Assembly: GCA_964431725.1 (NCBI GenBank)
Contig: CAYSKG010000001.1
Span: 17,426 to 77,178, forward strand
Length of the DNA stretch: 59,753 nucleotides
Source of the DNA: an uncultured Candidatus Bathyarchaeia archaeon
Lineage (GTDB): Archaea > Thermoproteota > Bathyarchaeia > Bathyarchaeales > DTEX01
Direction of reading: 5' to 3'
In this document: positions 1-9,794 of the stretch, piece by piece
Numbering within the stretch: the stretch's first letter is position 1
Layout: the number at the start of each line of letters is the position of its first letter
The notes under the pieces: generated by a model
What the model was told of the DNA's origin: nothing
Database searches by the model: none
The model's input: the letters and a program-made list of their open reading frames with translations, nothing else
Made by a program: the position numbers and the translations under genes

Positions 1-182
1 ATCCTCACCACACTAAATCTCCTCTTTTCTCTCTCAAACCATTAAGATAGCGTTCTAACTATCAAAAAGTAATTTTTCATGGATATATTTAATCTAAACG
101 TTTTTACATTCTTTTTGGTAGTTAATGGAGATCCATACGATACTAGGAATTGTAAATATGATAAGAAATCACTAAGGATAGA

Positions 183-1109
183 TTAACTATGCCTCTTCTT
201 TCTCTTAATTCTTCTTTCCGTAGTGACTATCTTCTTTATGGCATTTGCTATATTATCGTATATGGATGGCAAATCCCATCCTTCAAAGGAGTAATTTATT
301 ATTTCCCTAGCAGTTCTTATACTAACATCAACCTCGTAACGCCTTCTCTGTTTATCCAGAGATGAAGTCTTTACTGTGCTTCTAGCTTCGACAATTGGCG
401 GAAGGAACATGCTTATCCTCTTGATTAGACGAATGAACTTTATTTTTGCAGCTTCAGCTTCGAAGGAATCATCCGGTAGGCCGATCATGTAAACCGGAAC
501 ATTAATTTTAGCTTCCCCAAGCGATATGAGCTTAGCGAAGTCTCTATAGGTTATTATTCCTTGGATTTCTTCGCCAACCGTCACCAAAGAATATGACGAG
601 TTTCGACTAAGCATATTCTCAGCAACCTCCCTTATTGAGGTTTGTGGAGAACATTCTAATGGGGAGCTGCTCATTACTGCTTTCACTGGATAATCTAAAG
701 GGTTAAGAGTGTTTGGCACTCCCGCCTTATATCTGTCGCTTCCTAAATCTGTTATTAAATTGAATACTACTTGCATTGACGTTATGATGCCGCTTACTTG
801 TTTAAATTTCATAACTGGTAAATGATCTATTTTTCTCCTTAACATTATTTCTCTAGCTTTAGAGATTTTATCTGTAACTGATATTGTTATGGGTGAGGGG
901 CTCATAATCTTTGAAGCCCTTATATTTCCGAGAGCACTATTTTTAACTTCGACAACTATGGATCTAATATCTATTTTTCCGATAATCCTATTATTGTGAA
1001 CAATGGGTAACGCTCTTAGCCTATAGTCAGCCATTATCTTAGCTGCTTGGAGTAGCCTTGCGCTAACTGATAGTTTTGGGATAAAATTCAAGAAGGGTTC
1101 TACCTTCAT
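183..1109 (-). CDS. CBS-domain protein (tandem CBS modules)
   Basis: 308-aa ORF with repeated CBS-like segments (ALPIVHNNRIIGKIDIRSIV; IDHLPVMKFKQVSGIITSMQV; SYSLVTVGEEIQGIITYRDF). Confidence 0.7.
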   Translation of the reverse strand: MKVEPFLNFIPKLSVSARLLQAAKIMADYRLRALPIVHNNRIIGKIDIRSIVVEVKNSALGNIRASKIMSPSPITISVTDKISKAREIMLRRKIDHLPVMKFKQVSGIITSMQVVFNLITDLGSDRYKAGVPNTLNPLDYPVKAVMSSSPLECSPQTSIREVAENMLSRNSSYSLVTVGEEIQGIITYRDFAKLISLGEAKINVPVYMIGLPDDSFEAEAAKIKFIRLIKRISMFLPPIVEARSTVKTSSLDKQRRRYEVDVSIRTAREIINYSFEGWDLPSIYDNIANAIKKIVTTERRIKRKKRHS

Positions 1110-1129
1110 ATTTGCTGGGTTCTTAGCCC

Positions 1130-1393
1130 TTAAAATATCCCTCCCGTTGCGGTTCCAATTTTATCACCTCTCTGAGTAAAGATTTCATAAGAATTGTTTT
1201 CTTTCATTAATCCAATAGCCTTAGATACCAGTATGGAGGGTTCAACAACAATACATTCTGATATAAAATCTCCAACTGACTTATCTTTCAAAGTTTTCAA
1301 ACTTATCACAACCAGTCTAATCAAAATTATTTTTCTAAACCTTTTTATAATTGGCGGTTTTCTAAACACAATTTCTTTTAAGGATAAATTCAC
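1130..1393 (-). CDS. Small CBS-like ORF upstream of the CBS protein (may be spurious or a fragment)
   Basis: 87-aa ORF. The segment VVEPSILVSKAIGLMKENNSYEIFTQRGDKIGTAT resembles a single CBS motif. An antisense ORF of similar size overlaps it. Confidence 0.3.
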   Translation of the reverse strand: MNLSLKEIVFRKPPIIKRFRKIILIRLVVISLKTLKDKSVGDFISECIVVEPSILVSKAIGLMKENNSYEIFTQRGDKIGTATGGIF

Positions 1394-1433
1394 AAAAAAT
1401 AGTTTGTAGCTAAAAATTTAAGGTAAATGAAAA

Positions 1434-2534
1434 ATGGAGCAGCATGAGTTTGAGTTCAGCAGAGTCTCAGCAGTCGTTAAAACCCTGAAAAATTACGAGA
1501 AGGTTGTAGCTCAAATTTTAAAAGAAGTAATTCCAAATGTAGAAGTTTTAGCGAATCCATTGAATTTTTCAGGTTTAGTTTTAGTTAAAGCTGATATTCC
1601 TACAGAAGAATTAGTGAAGGAAATCAAAATGAAGGTTCCAGAAGCTGAAAAGGTTTTGCCGATAAAGTTCTATGCGCCAGCGAAGATTGAAGCCATAACA
1701 GAAATAGCCAAAAATATGGTTAATGAGCTGAGGAATGCATCCTCATTTGCGGTAAATACAGTTAGAAGAGGGAGACATAACTTCACAAGTCTGGATGTTA
1801 ACATAAAGGTTGGCGCCGTCCTAAAGAATCTCTCAGAATGCTCAGTCAATCTAGACTTTCCAGACAAAATAATCTTTATTGAAATTTTGGGTCCTCACGC
1901 TTACTTGGGAATAGTTGATGGAAAAGAGTTTCCTAAAAAAATGAGTCCCCTAAAGTTTCAAGTTAGAGAATACTTCAAGAAGATTGCGCTTATTCAAATG
2001 CCCTATTTAGGCGGAATAAAAATATCAAGAGAGATGGGTGTGAGAATCGGGAGGGAAGTCCAAACCTTCGAGGTTGGCGAACTCGTCATTGCGCCAATAG
2101 GTATAGTTAAAGCCGATGATTTAGATGCGTTTATAGAGGGAGTTTTTGAGGGTATAGAGTCGAGATATCGAATACAGACTAGAACCTATGCGCATAAACC
2201 TCGAAAAACTGATGTTTTTGTCCAAAATCTGTATGAACTCGTTAGGGAAAGATGCTCAGAGCCGATAGTAGTCTTTGAACCTGAAGGTGAGCCCATAAAC
2301 TTGGTATCATCCAAACTTGCCGAGCTTACGATTAAAAATAATCGAGTAAACTTTCTCTTAGGCTCAAGAGAAGGAATCCCGCATGGAATCTTCAGATTCG
2401 CAAATTTAGTTATAGACCTCTGTCCCGGAGTTACAATAGCAACAGATTTAGCTGCAGCTTCCGCCTTAATAGCTCTTGCATTTGCGGTTCACCAAAAATT
2501 AAGTAGCAAGTCCAATAAGAGCAAATTGGACTAA
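1434..2534 (+). CDS. Putative THUMP-domain / SPOUT-class RNA methyltransferase fusion
   Basis: 366-aa ORF. The N-terminal half has a THUMP-like pattern (FAVNTVRRGRHNFTSLDVNIKVG, IIFIEILGPHAYLGI). The C-terminus (NFLLGSREGIPHGIFRFANLVIDLCPGVTIATDLAAASALIAL) resembles the SPOUT knot region. Confidence 0.5.
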   Translation: MEQHEFEFSRVSAVVKTLKNYEKVVAQILKEVIPNVEVLANPLNFSGLVLVKADIPTEELVKEIKMKVPEAEKVLPIKFYAPAKIEAITEIAKNMVNELRNASSFAVNTVRRGRHNFTSLDVNIKVGAVLKNLSECSVNLDFPDKIIFIEILGPHAYLGIVDGKEFPKKMSPLKFQVREYFKKIALIQMPYLGGIKISREMGVRIGREVQTFEVGELVIAPIGIVKADDLDAFIEGVFEGIESRYRIQTRTYAHKPRKTDVFVQNLYELVRERCSEPIVVFEPEGEPINLVSSKLAELTIKNNRVNFLLGSREGIPHGIFRFANLVIDLCPGVTIATDLAAASALIALAFAVHQKLSSKSNKSKLD

Positions 2535-2644
2535 AATAGACGTAAGCTTGAAATAAGTCTAAATCTACGAGTTTACATTCGCATATAGAAGATTTCGCAA
2601 AGAAAAAATTAAACTTTAATTAATTATTTAATTTAATCTTTATA

Positions 2645-3094
2645 TTGAGGAAAAAAGAAAAGGAAAAAGGGGAATTATTCTTGAAATGCCCAGTCTGTGG
2701 AGCTGAAATAGAGGAAAATGCAAGATTCTGTCCAAAATGTGGGGCTTCGCTAGAGTTAGCAAGGAACTTTATAATATCCACCACGCCATCTCTTCCAGGT
2801 TACAAAATCAAAAAAGTTTTAGGCGTAGTGACTGGCGTATCGCCAAGAACAAGAGGGGTTTTAGGAAGATTCATTGCAGGTATCGAAACCGTGTTTGGTG
2901 GAGAAATTAGCGCCTTCACGAAGGAAATTGAGAAGGCGCGAGTTGAAGCCATAGAGAGAATGAAAACTAAAGCTATAAAGCTTGGAGCGAATGCGGTAGT
3001 TGGTGTAGACCTGGAAACATCAGATTTAGGTCTAGGATCTGGAATAATCTTAATATCTGCCACTGGGACTGCCGTGGTGGTGGAACCAGAATAA
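2645..3094 (+). CDS. Zinc-ribbon + YbjQ/UPF0145 domain protein
   Basis: N-terminal CPVCG...FCPKCG ribbon. The remainder (GYKIKKVLGVVTG...GANAVVGVDLE...ISATGTAVVV) matches the YbjQ-family pattern. Confidence 0.7.
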   Translation: MRKKEKEKGELFLKCPVCGAEIEENARFCPKCGASLELARNFIISTTPSLPGYKIKKVLGVVTGVSPRTRGVLGRFIAGIETVFGGEISAFTKEIEKARVEAIERMKTKAIKLGANAVVGVDLETSDLGLGSGIILISATGTAVVVEPE

Positions 3095-3184
3095 GAATTT
3101 TATATTCTCTAACAAGAAACAAGTAAAGATTACTCTTCTGATTAGTAGCGATCTAAGACTTCTTTTTGTCTCTCATATCTAAAA

Positions 3185-3767
3185 TTAAATGAGAGCTTCA
3201 AAAATTAGGAGTCCTCCGAGCATAAGGAATATTACTGCGGTTCCAATCCTAAGATAGCGTTCAGGTATAAACTTCAGAATCCTACAGCCTAGAAGCACTC
3301 CAGTACCTGTTAAAATGCTGAAAGCTAACATAACACCAGCTAAAACCATTAATGGATCTTTGAATTGAGCGGCTAAGAAAATCGATGTTAACTGGGTCTT
3401 ATCGCCTAATTCCACTAATGAAATTAACAGAAAGGTCTTAACAAAAGAAGATCCTTTATCGAAATCTCTAAAAACATTTTCTCTACTTTTACGAAGAAAC
3501 GATATTAAACCGAAAAAAAATGAACACTAAGCCGGCGACGAGACTAATAATAAACTGCGGTAGGAAACTAAGTAACTCACCGCCTAACAATACGCTTAAT
3601 CCATTCACAACAAAGAAAGCTGACATCGCGCCTAAAAATATTGAGAGAGCTGATGACCTAGAAGAGAGTATAACTGTACATATTTGCGTCTTGTCGCCTA
3701 ACTCCGCTAGAAGAACGATGGAAAAAGAGGTGAAAAAGGGAATTAAATTCACATTATTCATAATCAA
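3185..3767 (-). pseudogene. UPF0016/GDT1 (TMEM165-type) cation transporter, split by a 1-nt frameshift in an A8/T8 run
   Basis: Two adjacent ORFs (3489..3767 and 3185..3415) each carry the family signature ELGDKTQ. The downstream frame stays open upstream as far as the homopolymer at 3513-3520. Removing one base yields a continuous two-repeat protein. Confidence 0.75.
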
Positions 3768-3783
3768 TTTTTAATCCCCTACA

Positions 3784-4887
3784 TCATTTCCGACTAAAAG
3801 TGGAATCTATCTTCAACATTTCTTCTAGAAGTTTAGGTTTTCGTTTAAAGTATTCTCTTACAGGTTCAAGAATCTTAATAAGCGCGTCTGCAACACCATT
3901 TTTCAAATCTAACGGATGTATTTTTCCCCGAATATAAGAATCCCTTAGATCCTCATATTTCTCAAATGTTACTGGACCACCATATTTCATTGGACGCGGG
4001 ACATCCATAAATCCAAGGGCTGGAAAAACTATGTGCTTTACTTGCTCAAGAATAGGGTTTCCTTCTTCCTGCTTCGGTGGGCAGTATGCAGATTTTATCT
4101 TAGATCTTATTTCCTCGGGTGAATCATGTATAAATATGCATTTTTCAGGTTTACTTTTAGACATTTTAAAACTTATTTTCCGGCTAATCCTAAGGTCTTC
4201 ATCAAACTTTTTTTCTTGCGTTTCGAAAGTTGGCGCTTCAAGTCCTGATAAAAGCGGTGTATGTAGACATACCGGCTTCTTCCAACGATTCTTTTCGGCT
4301 ACATCTCTAGCCAGCATATGTGCTTTTCTCTGATCCATTCCTCCACATGCCAAATCTAAATCCATGTGAAATATGTCGGCGGCTTGCATGCATGGATAAA
4401 ATATCCATGCAGTTTCAATGTCAGCTAAATCTAATTCGCGTCCCATTATTGTTAGCGCTCTTCTAACTCTTAAAAGTGATGCGCTCTTAGCTATCCTTAT
4501 AACTTTCTCCCAATATTGTATGTCTTCAGCTATCTCTGAAGCCCAAACAAAGTGCACATTACCTAATTCTGTTACCCCTAAAGCTTCAAAACATTGCTTA
4601 AAATATTCGCCGCATAAACGTATGTTTTCCATTTTTCCGCCTAGCTTATTATTTATCCAACTATGCCAATCAGCCAAGAATATCGTGAAGTCAAAACCAG
4701 CCTTAATAACATCCTTAATTTTCAATCCGCAGATTAAACCCATACCGATATGCATGAGACCTGAACACTCAAATCCCCAATAGGCCTTTGGTTTGCTAAC
4801 TGTTTCAAGCAAATTGCGAAGTTCACTGATTGTCACTATCTCTTCAGTGTTGCGCATTACCAGATCCATTCTTTCCTCAAGATCCAA
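3784..4887 (-). CDS. tyrS: Tyrosyl-tRNA synthetase, archaeal type
   Basis: Class I aaRS features: GFECSGLMHIGMG (HIGH-like region), KMSKSKP (KMSKS motif), and the AYCPP motif typical of archaeal TyrRS. Confidence 0.85.
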   Translation of the reverse strand: MDLEERMDLVMRNTEEIVTISELRNLLETVSKPKAYWGFECSGLMHIGMGLICGLKIKDVIKAGFDFTIFLADWHSWINNKLGGKMENIRLCGEYFKQCFEALGVTELGNVHFVWASEIAEDIQYWEKVIRIAKSASLLRVRRALTIMGRELDLADIETAWIFYPCMQAADIFHMDLDLACGGMDQRKAHMLARDVAEKNRWKKPVCLHTPLLSGLEAPTFETQEKKFDEDLRISRKISFKMSKSKPEKCIFIHDSPEEIRSKIKSAYCPPKQEEGNPILEQVKHIVFPALGFMDVPRPMKYGGPVTFEKYEDLRDSYIRGKIHPLDLKNGVADALIKILEPVREYFKRKPKLLEEMLKIDSTFSRK

Positions 4888-5006
4888 GCGCTAACCCCCA
4901 ATCTCTCGATTAAACCCAATAATATGCATTTATTATAAAATTGCGGAAGATAAAAATATCTCCAACTCTATAAAATACTCGTGAATAAATAATGGTGTAG
5001 AATAAT

Positions 5007-5528
5007 ATGTCATATTGTAAAAATTGTGGCTTTAAACTTCCTGAGGGCGCCGCTTATTGTCCAAACTGTGGAACTCCAGTTTCTAACAGGATTTATGGTC
5101 CTAGGTTTGAATTAGCGAGCTGGGTTGAAAGAATAGTTGCGTTTCTCATAGATGTAATAATCATAGGAATCGTTATGATGCCTCTTTCCTTCATCTTTCT
5201 TTGGCCTTGGTCATATCTTCTGAGTATAGGTGTTTGGCGATGGACTTGGGCTCCATTCGTAAGTTTTGGATTAAATAATGTTGTTTCCTTTATATATTGG
5301 ACTCTAACGGAAGGCTTATATGGGCAGTCTATTGGGAAGAAAATTTTAAAAGTGAAGGTTATAAAAGTTGATGGTAAACCTCTAGATTTTACGTCAGCTG
5401 CAATAGAAAGCTTAGGTAAAGCCTTTTTACTAATTATAGATCTCATATTAGGATTGATCCTTTATCCGCAAAAGCGACAAAGACTATTTAATTACATTTC
5501 AAATACTATAGTTATTAAGATTCAATAA
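5007..5528 (+). CDS. Zinc-ribbon + RDD-family membrane protein
   Basis: N-terminal YCKNCG...YCPNCG ribbon, followed by a hydrophobic RDD-like domain (RIVAFLIDVIIIGIV...GQSIGKKILKVKV). Confidence 0.7.
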   Translation: MSYCKNCGFKLPEGAAYCPNCGTPVSNRIYGPRFELASWVERIVAFLIDVIIIGIVMMPLSFIFLWPWSYLLSIGVWRWTWAPFVSFGLNNVVSFIYWTLTEGLYGQSIGKKILKVKVIKVDGKPLDFTSAAIESLGKAFLLIIDLILGLILYPQKRQRLFNYISNTIVIKIQ

Positions 5529-5617
5529 AGCTAACAACAACATTAATTAGAAAATTAATCTTCCAGTAAAATTTTTAGTAAAACTAATTATATTCTATTT
5601 GCTTATAACCGCTAGAG

Positions 5618-6658
5618 TTGATCAATATGCAGAGAACCCATAAAATTGCAGTTTTACCGGGGGATGGAATAGGGCCTGAAGTGATTGATGTTGCCGTTAA
5701 AGTTCTAGATGCAGTTCAAAAAGTTGTTAAGAATCTAAAATTAATCTTCATGTATGGCGAAGCTGGATACAATTGTATAGAAAAATATGGAACAAACGTT
5801 CCGCAGAAAACTCTAGATATGCTTAAAGAAACTCATGCATGTCTAAAAGGGCCTATGACAACTCCTGAAGAACCTCATGCACCGCCAAGTGCAGCTGTAA
5901 CAATTAGAAAGACTTTTAACTTATACGCTAATGTTAGACCCTGTAAGTCTCTGCCAGGGGTTTGGTCTCTTAAACCAAACATAGATTTGGTGATCGTTAG
6001 AGAGAATACTGAGGGCTTATATTTTGGCAAGGAATACGAGCTTGTATCGGGTAAGGGCGTAGCTTTAAGAGTTATAACCGCTAGAGCTTCTGAGAAAGTT
6101 GCTAGGTTCGCTTTTAAGCTTGCTGAAAAACGTAGACGTTATTTAACATGCGTGCATAAGAGAAACATTCTACGCATAACTGACGGCATATTTAGGAACA
6201 CTGTATTTCGAATCGCAAAGGAATTTCCATCGGTCAGAGTTGATGAGGTTCACATAGATGCTATGGCCATGAGACTCATAAAAGAGCCAAATAAATTCGA
6301 TGTGATAGTGACAACGAATCTTTACGGTGATATACTTTCAGATGAAGCTGCACAAATAACGGGTGGAATAGGACTTGCAGCCGGAGCGAATATAGGTGAC
6401 AGCTACGGAATGTTTGAGCCTGTACATGGGTCAGCTCCAAAATATGCTGGGAAAAATAAGGTTAATCCTATTGCAACTATTTTAGCTGCTAAGATGATGT
6501 TAGAATATCTTGGTGAGTATGAAGCCGCTAACCGCGTAGAATTAGCTGTTGAAAAAGTTTTGAGAGAAGGGAAAATCCGAACTTATGATTTAGGTGGAAA
6601 TGCAACAACGCGGGATATGGGAAATGCAATAATCGAAAAAATTCTCCAAGAAATCTAA
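5618..6658 (+). CDS. leuB: 3-isopropylmalate dehydrogenase family (beta-decarboxylating dehydrogenase; homoisocitrate DH not excluded)
   Basis: KIAVLPGDGIGPEV N-terminus, IVRENTEGLY, NLYGDILSDEAA and FEPVHGSAP motifs of the ICDH/IPMDH family. Confidence 0.8.
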   Translation: MINMQRTHKIAVLPGDGIGPEVIDVAVKVLDAVQKVVKNLKLIFMYGEAGYNCIEKYGTNVPQKTLDMLKETHACLKGPMTTPEEPHAPPSAAVTIRKTFNLYANVRPCKSLPGVWSLKPNIDLVIVRENTEGLYFGKEYELVSGKGVALRVITARASEKVARFAFKLAEKRRRYLTCVHKRNILRITDGIFRNTVFRIAKEFPSVRVDEVHIDAMAMRLIKEPNKFDVIVTTNLYGDILSDEAAQITGGIGLAAGANIGDSYGMFEPVHGSAPKYAGKNKVNPIATILAAKMMLEYLGEYEAANRVELAVEKVLREGKIRTYDLGGNATTRDMGNAIIEKILQEI

Positions 6659-6673
6659 ATCCAAGCGAAAATT

Positions 6674-7597
6674 TTATGGAAATTTCGGTTTTATAGCTTT
6701 TGTTGGGCAAGCTGTAACACATCTAAGACAATAAATGCACTCGGGATCAGTGAATTTCTCTCTTGGAAGACTGAGAATTGGAATCTTCATTGGACATACG
6801 TCTTCACAAGTGTGACATCTCGCTCTAATACATCTTATGGGATCTCTACTCAGTCCTAGAAGACTAAAACGGCTGATTAAAGCTGAGAGAGCTCCTTGGG
6901 GACATAGATATCTACACCATGATCTTGGAATGTAGGAAGCTAAAATCAAAACAGCAACCAGTATTATGATTCTGACGATTAAAACAGGTGTTATTAAAGA
7001 GTAATCAAAACCAAGATAGGGAGAGAATGAAAGAGTTATAAATAATCTTGGGACAACCGCGAAAAGCGTATCTGAGGGGCTTAAAGATGTGAAAGGAGCT
7101 TGAGCAAACAATCCTAATTTTTCTCTATAAATTTGTCCCCCCTCAACAAATTGGGCTAAAGACAAAGATGTGCTTACCAGCAAGGTTAACCCTAAAATAA
7201 TATATTTTATGCTCAGAAGATTTCTGTGAGTTTTGGATGAGATAGTGATCTTCTTAATTTTACTAAAGACTAAAATATCCTGTATGAAACCTAAGGGGCA
7301 GACCCATCCGCATAGAGCCCTGCCAGTTAAAATTCCGAAAATAAACGTAAAAGCAAAAGGCAAAAATGGAAATATTGAATCATAAATCATTTTCTGAATA
7401 ATGCTCAAGTTATCATCAACGATTCTAAAAGGTAATCCTGAGGAAAAAAGTATGGGTAACGTTACTGGAATAGCCGTTAAACCCCATATGGCGGAATTAA
7501 ATAGAATGAAAAATAAAATTTGAACAATTTTCCTTAATATTTCAAATAATAAAAAAGAAGTCTTTAAATTAGCGAACACTCTCCCAATAGTTCCCAT
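6674..7597 (-). CDS. NapH/MauN-like integral-membrane 4Fe-4S protein
   Basis: Multi-TM ORF with CGWVCPLG and CRYLCPQG motifs, plus C-terminal CxxCxxxCP ferredoxin-type clusters (CHTCEDVCP, CIYCLRCVTACP). Confidence 0.65.
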   Translation of the reverse strand: MGTIGRVFANLKTSFLLFEILRKIVQILFFILFNSAIWGLTAIPVTLPILFSSGLPFRIVDDNLSIIQKMIYDSIFPFLPFAFTFIFGILTGRALCGWVCPLGFIQDILVFSKIKKITISSKTHRNLLSIKYIILGLTLLVSTSLSLAQFVEGGQIYREKLGLFAQAPFTSLSPSDTLFAVVPRLFITLSFSPYLGFDYSLITPVLIVRIIILVAVLILASYIPRSWCRYLCPQGALSALISRFSLLGLSRDPIRCIRARCHTCEDVCPMKIPILSLPREKFTDPECIYCLRCVTACPTKAIKPKFP

Positions 7598-7774
7598 AGA
7601 TTCACTACCATGCTATTTTTGAGCCTTTTATTTTTTAAAGAAGAGGGAATAATATAAATAATTTGTCATTAATTAAGGTAACACTTTAAGTTGAATCAAC
7701 AAAAAGATTCTTTCCAAGTGAAAGATGAGTGCTATTGAAAAACTTCTAATCTAGGAATTAACTATATTCTAATT

Positions 7775-8941
7775 TTGGCGATTTACATGAATATTCATGA
7801 TGCCCGAAAAGAGTTCCCAATCGTTAAAAATAAAATTTTTCTTAACCACGCTACCACAAGTCCCTTACCGACTCGCGCTGTTAAGGCTATGGAGAATTTT
7901 TTAAGCGATAAAATTAAGTTCCAATTAACTCAAGATGTCGACCTAAGTTCCTGGCAGAAGAAAATAGCGCATTCTAAGAAGCTATTTTCTCAATTAATAG
8001 GCGCAAAAGAAGATGAAATAGCCTATATACCGAACACCACTTTTGGTTTAAACCTCATAGCTCAAATGCTACCCTATAAACCTGACAGTAACGTGGTAAC
8101 AAATACTCTTGAATATCTCTCAAACGTAATTGTTTGGCTCAAGCTTAAGGAAAAAGGTGTCAAAGTTCGTTTTGTAAAAGATGAAAATGGAAAAATTAGT
8201 ATAGATAAACTAGAGAAAAGCATTGATGATAAAACGGTCGCTGTAGCTATAGGTCAAGTTGGATGGTTTAACGGTTTCAGACATGACTTAAAAGCCATAT
8301 CTGAAGTAGTTCATGATAAAGGGGCATTTCTAGTTGTTGATGGAATACAAGCTGTGGGTAACATGAGAATAGATGTGGCAAAAGAGGGAATAGACTTCCT
8401 ATCATGCGGATCTTATAAATGGCTTCTAGGGCCCCCAGGAGCTGGCTTTCTTTACATAAGGAATGATCTCATCAAGGAGTTCAATCCGCCATTTTTAGGC
8501 GAAAACAGTATAGACCCCGAAGTAGTTAGAATAAACATCTATGAACGCTTTAATCTCTTCAAATTGAATTACTCTAAGGGAATCAGTAAATATGAAGTTG
8601 TTTACCTAAATGATATAGCTTTTATTGGAGTTAGAGAATCAATGCGCCTTCTTTTAGATTTTGGCATAGAAAATGTTGAAAGAAGAATAAGTAAAATTAA
8701 TGAGTATCTCATCGAAAAGCTCTTAGAAAATGGTTACGAGATTCGAACACCCACTAACAAAAAAGAGCATCACGCCATCATAAACTTCAAGGTGAAGGAC
8801 CCAAATAAAACGATTAAATCCCTCTCCAGAAAAGGCATTATCGTTTCACAGAGAGTAAGTGGAATCAGAGTTTCTCCTCATTTTTATAATACAGAGGCAG
8901 AAATAGATGAATTTATTAAAGCCTTAAAGAATGTAAAGTGA
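7775..8941 (+). CDS. Class V aminotransferase / cysteine-desulfurase-like PLP enzyme
   Basis: 388 aa. Shows the SCGSYKWLLGPPGAGFLY (PLP-lysine region) pattern of the class V fold. Confidence 0.75.
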   Translation: MAIYMNIHDARKEFPIVKNKIFLNHATTSPLPTRAVKAMENFLSDKIKFQLTQDVDLSSWQKKIAHSKKLFSQLIGAKEDEIAYIPNTTFGLNLIAQMLPYKPDSNVVTNTLEYLSNVIVWLKLKEKGVKVRFVKDENGKISIDKLEKSIDDKTVAVAIGQVGWFNGFRHDLKAISEVVHDKGAFLVVDGIQAVGNMRIDVAKEGIDFLSCGSYKWLLGPPGAGFLYIRNDLIKEFNPPFLGENSIDPEVVRINIYERFNLFKLNYSKGISKYEVVYLNDIAFIGVRESMRLLLDFGIENVERRISKINEYLIEKLLENGYEIRTPTNKKEHHAIINFKVKDPNKTIKSLSRKGIIVSQRVSGIRVSPHFYNTEAEIDEFIKALKNVK

Positions 8942-8975
8942 TGTAATTAATGGCTGGAGTTAAGGGTGAATTTAT

Positions 8976-9776
8976 ATGGGAATTAAAGTTCCTAGTATTG
9001 AGTTCGAAAAAACCGTTAATGAAATAGCAAATTTCATAAAGTGTAAGATTGATGAGGCTGGAGCTTCCGGAGTAGTCTTAGGCTTAAGTGGAGGAGTAGA
9101 TAGTAGTTTAACAGCATCCTTATGTGTCAAAGCTCTAGGCAGTAATAGAGTTTTAGGCATAATAATGCCTACTAGCTTTACTCCAAAGGAAGATATTGAG
9201 GATGCGCTCGAATTAGCCAATAAACTTAACATAAAAACAAAGTTTGTTAATATAGACCGTATATGCGAAGCCTTCATTAAAACCCTAAAAATAGACCCTG
9301 ATGATCCAAAAGTCAAGATTCCATTAGCCAATATACGTGCTAGAATCCGGATGATCATTCTTTACTTCTATGCAAATCTCTACAATTATCTTGTAGTTGG
9401 AACAGGTGATAAAAGCGAATATTTAATAGGATACTTCACTAAACATGGTGACGGAGCCGCAGATTTCTTCCCCATACTACATCTATTTAAGACACAAGTC
9501 AGAGAGCTCGCATCTTATTTAAATCTGCCAGAAAGAATTGTGAAAAAACCGAGTAGTCCACAGCTCTATCCAGGCCATAAATTAACCGACGAGATTCCAG
9601 CTGACTATTCTATCATAGATCCAATATTGGTTGGTTTATTTGAAGAGAATCTGTCAGCAGAGGAAGTAAGTAAAAGATTGGAAATTCCACTAGAAATAGT
9701 TGATGATATTCTACGAAGATATCTAAGAACTGAACACAAAAGAAGGACTCCGCCATCTATTAAGGCTAAAAGATAA
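8976..9776 (+). CDS. nadE: NH3-dependent NAD+ synthetase
   Basis: PP-loop SGGVDSS and GTGDKSE motifs; length fits NadE. Confidence 0.85.
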   Translation: MGIKVPSIEFEKTVNEIANFIKCKIDEAGASGVVLGLSGGVDSSLTASLCVKALGSNRVLGIIMPTSFTPKEDIEDALELANKLNIKTKFVNIDRICEAFIKTLKIDPDDPKVKIPLANIRARIRMIILYFYANLYNYLVVGTGDKSEYLIGYFTKHGDGAADFFPILHLFKTQVRELASYLNLPERIVKKPSSPQLYPGHKLTDEIPADYSIIDPILVGLFEENLSAEEVSKRLEIPLEIVDDILRRYLRTEHKRRTPPSIKAKR

Positions 9777-9794
9777 AAAGTCTTTTCCCTACAT

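Noticed and set aside
3486-3525. Programmed ribosomal frameshift at the T8 run in the GDT1 gene.
   Set aside because: No downstream stimulatory structure is evident. Several other accessory genes in the window have homopolymer frameshifts too, so an error or mutation is more parsimonious.
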